From contig NC_043015.1 of NCBI RefSeq assembly GCF_006345805.1, positions 22,382,001-22,446,000 on the forward strand: a DNA stretch of 64,000 nt, in the 5' to 3' direction. Positions within the stretch are counted from its first letter, which is position 1; each line of letters begins with the position of its first letter. The translations under genes were made by a program, and so were the position numbers. The DNA is from Octopus sinensis. Its lineage: Eukaryota. The notes beneath the pieces are model-generated. The model did no database searches and had not been told where the DNA came from. It saw only the letters and a list, made by a program, of their open reading frames with translations. Positions 54,501-64,000 of this stretch are shown one piece after another.

Positions 54501-54899
54501 TATTTTTATCGACATTCTAATGATTGAACCGTGTATCTTTTTTAGAATAAGGCTCTATCCTCAGAGGAAAAAATTAAATAAAAGAAAACAGACCCCCTCC
54601 ACACACACGGAGATTCCTTTCGCGAGTAGTTAGGATTAGAAGTTGAAATTTAAAATTAAAGAATGTGGAATACTTCATAATATACACATGTAGGTGTCTT
54701 ATTTATAATGGACTTTTTAAAATTCCAAGTCTCTGGAAAACTTTCATTCTTTCAAAACATCATCAGTTTGACGCAACTCCAGGAATATAAATCATACTGT
54801 AGGAAACTATATATTGAAAAGAATTACAATCTGGGATGTCTTCATGGAATTTGTTCTTCTATCATTTCTTTTGTGCTTAATTTTCACTTATTCCAGTCG

Positions 54900-55250
54900 T
54901 TAAACTGTTGCCATACTGAAGTTTTCCAGTTGAATAAATAGACCCAAATTCTTATGTTTTTTAAAGTTTGGTAATTGTTCTGACGAACTCTTTTGCCGAT
55001 CCGTTAATTACAGGAATATAAACACACCAGTCAAACAGTGATGGGGACAAACAGCCATACACACACACACACATATATATATTCGACGGGCTTCTTTCAG
55101 ATTCTGTCTACTAAATTCACTCACAACCACTTCGACCTGACGCTATAGTGAAAGACCCCTAAACGGATGAAGGACAAAGTCGAACTCAGAACCAATTGCC
55201 TCTAAGTATTTTACCCGGCATGCTAACAAAGCTGCTGGCTCGCCGCCTTA
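54900..55250 (-). mobile_element. Adjacent fragments of SINE families A and B
   Basis: CGACGGGCTTCTTTCAG...CACTCACAA (family A) followed by GGATGAAGGACAAAGTCGAACTCAGAA...GCTAAC...CTCGCCGCC (family B). Confidence 0.65.
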
Positions 55251-56961
55251 AATACCAGATAAGCGTTATTTTTAAGATTCATCAAAAAAAGTAAGTATAT
55301 TTCCAAAGAAATATTGTAAGAAAAAGGGTTGAAAAAGGAAAGGAAAATTTAATACAACAGTTTACGTCGAGGAATGTGAAATGAAACGGGCGGAGATGCA
55401 AGACGTTTGATGAAAATGTTTGTGAAAAGTGATTGCCGTAGGTTTATAATTTAACAATATTCAGGTTTCTGAATTTGAATTGTGAAGTTGAACTCTTTAA
55501 CTTTCATCATTCACAGATGTATAGAAAAACCACACTTGTGATGCTACAATAAGATTAAAAGTAAGACTCCCTTATAACCAAATATTTAGGCCTGTCACCG
55601 ATGCTGCGAATCAATATTTCCGTTTAAATTTCAGTTAGACTCTTTGGAATTCAATACACTAAATTACTCATTCGGAAATTTTCTCTGAAATATTCTTTAT
55701 TCACGAGGTATTTAACTTGCTAAAATACGAATAAAAATTATTTTAGTACAATATTTTTAAATTAAAAAACAAAACACACTTTTGTTCGTTGGGTTTTGTT
55801 GTTTGTCGTCTCTTAATCCATACCATAAAGACAAATACGATTTTGAAATTTAGAGTGAAAAATTACATTGGCTTTGCATCAAGAACAAAAGTGATTTTGC
55901 TCTGAACTAAAACGACTATATTTCACTAAGGTTACTAGGCAATTTTGTGAGCATTAGGAGAATCAATCGTTTGTGTCATTTGGTTGCTCAGAGAAGCGGT
56001 GGAAATATTTTTCAGTTAAAAAAAAAAGCAAGTCTCAAAATATGTCGGTGGGGGAAGTTGTTTAATTTCTAGTATTTCTTTCAATTATTTTATTTCTTAC
56101 GCTAATTTTCATTTTCTATTTTTTTTTCGATACTCTTGTTCGATTAGATAATTGTCTGTTCCATTTCTTTTTGAAATTTTAATTTTAATATGTGTTGTTA
56201 GAACATTAAGCCACGAGGAATCTTTAGGAGAAAAAATATCAGGTTGATTAAGCATGCTGATTTGTTTAATAATCTTGAAACGGACCGTTGGCGCGAAGTG
56301 CTATTTCATACTCTGGTGCCGCCTTTTAAGAGACTATTTATATAAAAGAAGAAAAAAAGAAAAAGAAAAAGAAAAAAAGGAAAGGAAAACGCCAGAGGAA
56401 GGAAGACATTGAGAAAGAAAAATAGAATGTCAGTGCTACATAAACAGAGAAAGGGCGAGGGAACTGGTTGAATAAGAGAATCAGACAGACAGGAACTTTC
56501 TTCTTTTTTTTAAATATAAAAAAATGTAATTAAATACGAGGAAAATGTGAGAGAGAAAGTTAAACAAAAATGGTATCGAAATATAAACAACATAATTATG
56601 AAGTATTAAAATAAAATTACAAATTAAGAAAAAAATATAAAATGTTGCCAAGGAAACACTTTACATGGTTAATGTACTTCTTTTGTTTTGGCGCAATATG
56701 ATTACAAGGGGGAAAATTATACAACAAAATCATAACAGCTGTTCACATTCACGAATAATGGTACACGCATACAAACATGCACATACATAGACACACACAC
56801 ACACTCACACACATATGCGTAAAAGCATAGAAGCCTCTGTATTTATATAGAAGCCCAATATGTATAAGTTATCTCTACATATGGAAATTATCTTGTATAT
56901 TTAACTGTACTTACACTTAGAAACTCAGACATATTGATACATATGTGTGTGAATGTGTGTG

Positions 56962-57042
<81 letters not shown>

Positions 57043-57468
57043 TATAGTAATTCTGAAATATAACAATATATATATATGAATATATATATATACACTATTA
57101 ATATTGTGATATTTCTTCATAACTATCGAAATTTATTTTCAAATCTATCAATTTTATTATTTTTTTTACTCTTTCAATATGATTAATATTATAATGAGAA
57201 ATGCAGAAAAAATTTCTTTTTTCCGAATAGATATTTGTTAAATTAATTTCCTATAAATACTTAATATTGTTTAATGTTTTACTTCCTAATAACTAAAATA
57301 AGCACTATTTTGAGTACACCAGCCCATCATATACTGCTAGTCTAAAAGCTGTTGTACGTATGCTAGAAAGTATTTTCCCTGCGTTTATATTGTTGAATCT
57401 GTTATAGTAATTGCCCTTGTTAATTTGGTTAGTAACAGAAAATACTTATCTTTGGTTGATTAGTATTC

Positions 57469-57532
<64 letters not shown>

Positions 57533-58287
57533 GGAGAAAGAGAGAGAGAGAGAGAGAGAGACTTGACTGATTAACAAACTCGCATAAGAAACGACGTAGA
57601 TAATGTGTTTAACACGGAAGGATCTGGAAAAAAATCCGTTGTTCAAGTTTGAAAAATGTGTTGCACCAAACACAGTTGTAACTGATAAAACTTGCATTAC
57701 ATAGAGTATACAGTATTGTAAAACGATCTTGCGGAAAAATTTGTGTTTACTCTATACAAAAAGGAAAAAAATCTTGCATTGACCGGGAGATATGATCCAG
57801 TTGTGAAATCGCTGTGATTTTGTGCCTCAATCATTAAAGACTGTTGTAGATTAGGTATGCAATAAGCAATTAAGATTTTGCCGGAAACAAATTACTAATA
57901 TGCCAGAGAACATCTAATAATGATCATAGCATACACCATTTAACGAGCAAACCATAATGAAATGGTGTATATCAGAAAGGGAATTAGGGCAGAAGAGTAA
58001 TGAACACAAAGGAGACGCTCATCAATTAAAGAGTACAGCAAACAATTGTATTAAACTGTGAGCACATCAGAGAGTTATACCATAGAATGAACTCACCATA
58101 GTGGTAGGTGAATCAAGTGAATTACATTGAATAGTGAGTCCATTGATATGATACATCAACCAATGTATATACCATAGAGATATGTGAATGGATGAGAATA
58201 GAACTGATGTACAAATAGGCATGAAGCAATGTGCAAACCACACAGTTAATAAGCAAATCTGTAGTCAACAGCTAATACATCATTAAG

Positions 58288-58857
58288 GTATAGTTTATTA
58301 CCCCGGTAATGAGGTTCATCAAAGCGATATTCAAACCGTTAAAACGATAGGAAAGCGATTATTCGAACAAGATGGAGACCATATTTCATTTAAAAATCAG
58401 TTTCCTGTCATAAATAAAGGTAGGGCACATTACATTATGTAGTCACATATGCACTTAAATGACGAGATGGCGGGTCGTCTTAACAATAACGTTTTGGTTC
58501 TATGAGAGTGATCTGCATATTCCTCAGCATCAACAGTCATTTCTTTGATTTCTTCATAGGTTTCCACAATATAGAGATGCAAATGATAATTAAATCGTTT
58601 GTAACACAGCTTCGGAAATAATTTGAACTCAAATTTATTTTCTACTACATTAGGCATGAAGTTAAATATAGATTTATGTCTTCTATGTATGTTCATCTGT
58701 ATGAAACATCAAAAGAGGTGAAAGGAAATAATATTTTTGTACTTTTTTCGCAGATAGAGAGAAATTTATGAAGCGGCGCTCAGTAGACATATCTTTATTA
58801 AGTAGATCAGTGACTGATTTCTACGTGAAGAGAACAAAAGTTGATCTAAATCTTTAA
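58288..58857 (+). CDS. Candidate two-exon 3' end of an unidentified gene or pseudogene (58288-58419 and 58754-58857)
   Basis: Donor AAAG|GTAGGG and strong acceptor TTTTTGTACTTTTTTCGCAG| join in frame: IVYYPGNEVHQSDIQTVKTIGKRLFEQDGDHISFKNQFPVINK-DREKFMKRRSVDISLLSRSVTDFYVKRTKVDLNL*; no recognised domain. Confidence 0.3.
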
Positions 58858-59574
58858 TACCACGAAGAACTATCACTGATGAAAAAACAAAATAGCGTAA
58901 ATGGTTCATCTGCATTTTTTACGACGCCATTTTTCTTAAGCATATGAGCTTTTTATCAAATTACTTGCAGAGATGCTTTGGCTATGTGTTAAGTGGCTTT
59001 TCCGCGTACATTATTTGTCACTATGCAAAGGGCCAAACCTTAACCTATATCTCTTAAGAGAAAGCAACTACGGAATAACATTTCAAACAAGTAGAGAAAA
59101 TGTCCAACTCACAATTAAGAGGTAAAATGAACTCATTAATCGATATTTCAACGAAACTATTATTGTTGTTGCTTTGGCCAAGATTAGCCTTGATAAACTT
59201 GTGGGCAACTGCTATTATTATTGGTTTGGCCAAGATTAGTCTTGGTAAACATGTGGACAACGGTCTACGAACGATGATCATACAAAATTTGGTGTAACAG
59301 TAGTAATATCATACTAATAATTTGAAGATGATGTCTCAACGACTTTGTGATAGTAACATGAGAGACTACATGGATAGTCTACTTGCTAACATCCTACTGC
59401 CGCACAGCAATCATTATTTCTATATATAAGTGTATCTAGCTGTGTGTGTATTATACCCACAAGTAAGAAGTTAAATACTGCATGTCATATGTCACGGTAG
59501 ACTTTGTACACCGTCAGGAGGGATAGCTAATTAAAATGAACGTCATTAGCATTACTTTAGAAGACTTCTTCAAA

Positions 59575-61365
59575 AGTGGGGCTTTTGGTAGAAGGCTGCG
59601 AAGGTGTCATCACGGCGGCGGAAGTGCGGGAGGCGATGGCAGCATGCTCAAGGGACAAATCGCCGGGTTTGGATGGTCAACCATACGAGCTTTACAGTTG
59701 TATGCCAGACTTGTTTGGAGGCGTCTTGGCAGTAGTGTACTGCAACGGGAGCATCCCCAGTTTTGTGAGCCGAGGTGCCGTAACGCTGCAGAAGAAAGAA
59801 CCAAACAAAGGGGACGTAATAGATAACTTTAGGCCCATCACTCTGCTAAGTGCAGACTTGAAAATTTTAGCCAAGGTGTTAACCAAGAGGTTGGCGCTTG
59901 TCATCGAGAAACTGGTCGCAAACGTGCGCCGTGCCGGGCCGGAGCATTCACGACAATCTCCATCTGATGTACTACATCATAGACAGGGCAGTTAAGGAAT
60001 CTGGCATGGGTGGGGCCATGATCAATTTGGATCAATCGAAAGCTTTCGATAGGGCAGACCATCGATACTTGGAGGCTGTCCTCATAGCGGCTGGTTTCGG
60101 TCTCGTTTTCCGCGGCTGGATAGCTGCTTTGTACAGAGGCATACGTTCGGTAATTCGCGTAAATGGACATCTATCAAGACCTTTCAAAATTGCACGTTCG
60201 GTCCGTCATGGATGTCCCTGCTCATCGCTTCTATATGAATTGACTCTCGAGCCACTACTGCGGAGGCTGGCGACACTGAGTGGCATCCCGAGAGAATTGG
60301 GATGCAAGGCGAGCGTTCTGCATACGCGGACGATGTCACCATCATAGTGTCTAGCCACGAGCACATCGAGCTGGTCGGCGAGACACTGAATGACTACGAA
60401 GCGGTAACGAGCAAAAATCAACCGGGAAAAGTCGGTGGGCTTGCGGCTCGGCACCTGGAGAAGCAAGCCCATGCCGTCCACCTGCACCTCTGTCGTGGGA
60501 CGCTGGACCGACAGTCCGGTCGAGGTCCTCGGGGTCACTCTCACCCGGCAATGGGCCGAGAGGAAGCTGTCCCTAAAAGGTCGGTCGGAGGTGGCGAACA
60601 CGTATATCGCGTCTGTCTACAGACATGGCTCGAGAAACACGGGGCCCACCTGCCCGAGATGCGGTCAAAGCGACGAAACCATACTGCACGCACCCGTGCA
60701 ATGTCCAACCATTTCCAACCAGTGGGCTTATGTCGAACGACTGCTGTCACGTGTGGGATGAGTTGGTTTATCAGCTGAGTCTATCGTCAATATCGTCACG
60801 CTTCGGGAAAGAAGATCTATTTTCATCATACTTGTGGCTATGGCGAAAGAATGTATCTAGTGGACGCGTCTGAAAGGATTAGAGACAAACACTTTCTTCT
60901 CTGGTCAATCTCTCATCAACTTTTTCAAGTATCACTTGAAGGGGAAAGTGAGAGTAGAGAGGGAAGTCTTGTCTTGCGAATGTTTAATAAAAAAGATGGG
61001 TGAATGTAGCAACGATGGCACGTATGAACGATGAAGCCACCTTTGTCATAAGCCTATGAACCCGGAAATACTTACTTGCAAATAAAAGTGTTAAAATGTG
61101 ACATTATTGACCGAGTTTACCGTGATCTTTTCCGTAGGCTTTTCTTTCCACGGATAAACCTTATCTATTTCTCCCTTTATACTTTACATCATGACATTTC
61201 TGTGATACACAATCCCTATTGATGGTTTTTTTACGATCCCTTTGATCGAAAACCTACCGCCTTTTTTCTTTTCCTTTTTTCCTTCTTTTTTTCTCCCCAA
61301 AACGAAAAACTCTACTTTGTAAATTGTCCTCTCTGCGTTCAGCCCTGTGTGGCTAATAAAGAAAC
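59575..61365 (+). mobile_element. 5'-truncated, internally deleted Tx1/L1-clade LINE
   Basis: KSPGLDG, NFRPITLLSADLKILAKVL, LDQSKAFDR, SVRHGCPCSSLLY, AYADDVT, zinc knuckle CPRCGQSDETILHAPVQCP; AATAAA near 61355 followed by (TCTA)n. Confidence 0.92.
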
Positions 61366-61366
61366 A

Positions 61367-61730
<364 letters not shown>

Positions 61731-62624
61731 TACCTATATATATATGTCTGTGCATTTGTGTGTACGTGAATGTGTTTTTGTGTAAGTATGACTTTATGTT
61801 TGCCTTTGTTCCAATGTGTTTGAAGCAGTGCTATAAACATACATACATAAATAACTGTGAATGAGGCTAACGTCTAGACGCTTAAGTTTCTATTTGTCGA
61901 CGGTGAAAAAAAATGCAATCTTGACAAATGGAATGAAGACAAACGCTAAGAGTGATGGATTATTCGTTTCTGTTCTACAAAATCTATTCATAAATCAATA
62001 GGCGCAGAGACATTCGTTTACATTAAAGTATAGTGTTACTGAACTATGAATATTACAAAAATCTCTCCATAGATGATGTAAATTATTGCTACCAGCTAAA
62101 TAAATCCATTCATATATGGATATTGTGCCATTTATACAGCAGAGACTTTTTGTGATAAACATTTTTTTATGAACGTCATAAGTTTTAAGAAACGAAGGCC
62201 TAATTAATGTAAAAGTGCGAGATTTGTGGGGTAATTTTACGAATTCCCGATTGGATTGTCAATGTAAACGCCAAGGGAAGGTTAACTGGATTGCAGCAAA
62301 TCATGTTTCGAGATTCATGAGTTGAACTTGTAACCAGGATTTTAGCTATTAATGTCATATCCGGATCTATGAAGTATTGGTGAGTTATGTATATCAATGC
62401 TAGAGACATCAGTGCTTAGTGAAATTGATGAAAGTCTTCTTGAATTTGTTTCATCGGATTCCATATGCAAATAACAAAAACACCCACGTTTTTATATTCT
62501 TTATATTGTCAAAACATTTGGACCTGAACTAGAGGTTTTTTGACGCACAGTATCTGAAAATATTATCTATTTATTACCAATTACCGTCACGTCAAGCTTA
62601 TGAGAAACAAATATACATAAAATT

Positions 62625-63008
62625 TGTGGAGCCGCAATGGCCTAGTGGTTAGGGCAGCGGACTCGCGGTCATAGGATCGCGGTTTCGATTCCCAGACCGG
62701 GCGTTGTGAGTGTTTATTGAGCGAAAACACCTAAAAGCTCCACGAGGCTCCGGCAGGGGATGGTGGTGATCCCTGCTGTACTCTTTCACCACAACTTTCT
62801 CTCACTCTTACTTCCTGTTGTACCTGTATTTCAAGGGACCGGCCTTGTCACTCTCTGTGTCACGCTGAATATTCCCGAGAACTACGTTAAGGGTGCACGT
62901 GTATGTGGAGTGCTCAGCCACTTACACGTTAATTTCACGAGCAGGCTGTTCCGTTGATTCGGATCAACCGGAACTCTCATCATCGTAACCGACGGAGTGC
63001 ATCCATCC
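62625..63008 (+). mobile_element. Full-length tRNA-derived SINE (family D) with a 12-bp TSD
   Basis: A box TGGCCTAGTGG, B-box-like GGTTTCGATTCCC, (ATCC)n tail; ATACATAAAATT at 62613-62624 and 63009-63020. Confidence 0.9.
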
Positions 63009-63554
63009 ATACATAAAATTAAAATTTTCTTCAAAACCAGAATTTCTTAAAATTTTAATGGAAAGCAAATGGCAACCTTAAACTTTTATATATAAAATAC
63101 ATCATTATTTCTGACTAAATTTCTATGGATTTGCGTCTGGGTGATTTTCTTTAGTTGCTGAACCTCAAGAAGAACACGAACCAACGTTCAGCAATAGTTC
63201 GCCATCATATGCAAGTTCCATCTGCTCTGATACCTTTGTTCCATTAATTTCATATCCTGATGCAAACGCCTCTCCTACTCACCAAATGTGTTCTGGCAAC
63301 AAAATACATGTTGCGTTGTATAATATATTACCTACGACAGATTACCGCTTAATGCTGCAGATTTCTTGCCACTTATTTGCTTATTGCCACACAAATGGTT
63401 GACAACCTGTATTGAAAGAAACACGGAATTTACAAATAGCGATAAGTAAGAATTGTTTGCGTGTGTGGTTTGAAAAGGGAAGCGCAAACAGTGTCTATAT
63501 TATAAAACAATGTATATTGCTTCAAATAAAGATGAACTGAACGGCGCTTCGATA

Positions 63555-64000
63555 CGTATTGACTCTTGAGCCACTACTGCGGAAGATGGCGACTCTGAGG
63601 AACATCCCGCGAGAATTGGGATGCGGGACGAGCGTGTCTGCATACGCGGACGATGTCACCGTCATAGTGTGAAGCCACGAGCACATCGAGCTGGTCGGCG
63701 AGACATTGAAAGACTACGAAGCGGTGACAGGAGCAAAAATCAACCGGGAAAAGTCAGTGGGCTTGCGGCTCGGCACCTGGAGAAACAAGCCCATGCCGTC
63801 CACCAGTACCTCCGTCGTGGGACGTTGGACAGACGGTCCGGTGGAGTTGTTCGGGGTCTGGTTCGGTCCGGACCTCCAAGTGGAGAAGAACTGCAACGCG
63901 ATAACGAGTAGGGTGGTCACTCTCGCCCGGCAATGGGCCGAGAGGAAACTGTCCCTAAAAGGTCTGGCGGAGGTGGCGAACACGTACATCGCGTCCATCA
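63555..64000 (+). mobile_element. Second copy of the Tx1-like LINE, running off the window
   Basis: High similarity to 60240-60615 (SAYADDVT region). Confidence 0.92.

Noticed and set aside
58430-58696. 88-aa minus-strand ORF
   Set aside because: No recognisable homology; lies antisense within the putative intron
62628-62700. tRNA gene-like sequences (also 28850-28918 and 30779-30851)
   Set aside because: No closed acceptor stem and each continues into a repeat body; SINE heads rather than tRNA genes

Overview
AT-rich, microsatellite-dense eukaryotic DNA with no confidently identifiable intact host gene. The repeat complement and composition suggest a cephalopod (octopus-like) genome; this is an inference. 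The window is a mosaic of transposon remnants: R4/Dong-like RLE LINEs inserted in (TAA)n, a young GC-rich RTE fragment, Tx1/L1-like and CR1-like LINE fragments, Tc1 and mariner transposase relics, Helitron-like non-autonomous elements, MITE-like palindromes, several tRNA-derived SINE families, and Penelope-like (GIY-YIG) remnants. The most notable signal, read directly from the sequence, is a set of about 10 minimal type I hammerhead-ribozyme-like motifs from at least six unrelated sequence families (about 13.4, 22.6, 30.6/30.9, 35.9/36.3, 37.2/42.4 and 40.0/43.8 kb). Several sit in inverted pairs or next to (TA)n, some carry catalytic-core variants (U4C; compensatory U3-A8), and one is fused behind a tRNA-like Pol III head. 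Together they look like a family of ribozyme-bearing non-autonomous Penelope satellites. Almost all ORF-track entries are microsatellite artefacts. Coordinates were counted by eye and may be off by a few bases.
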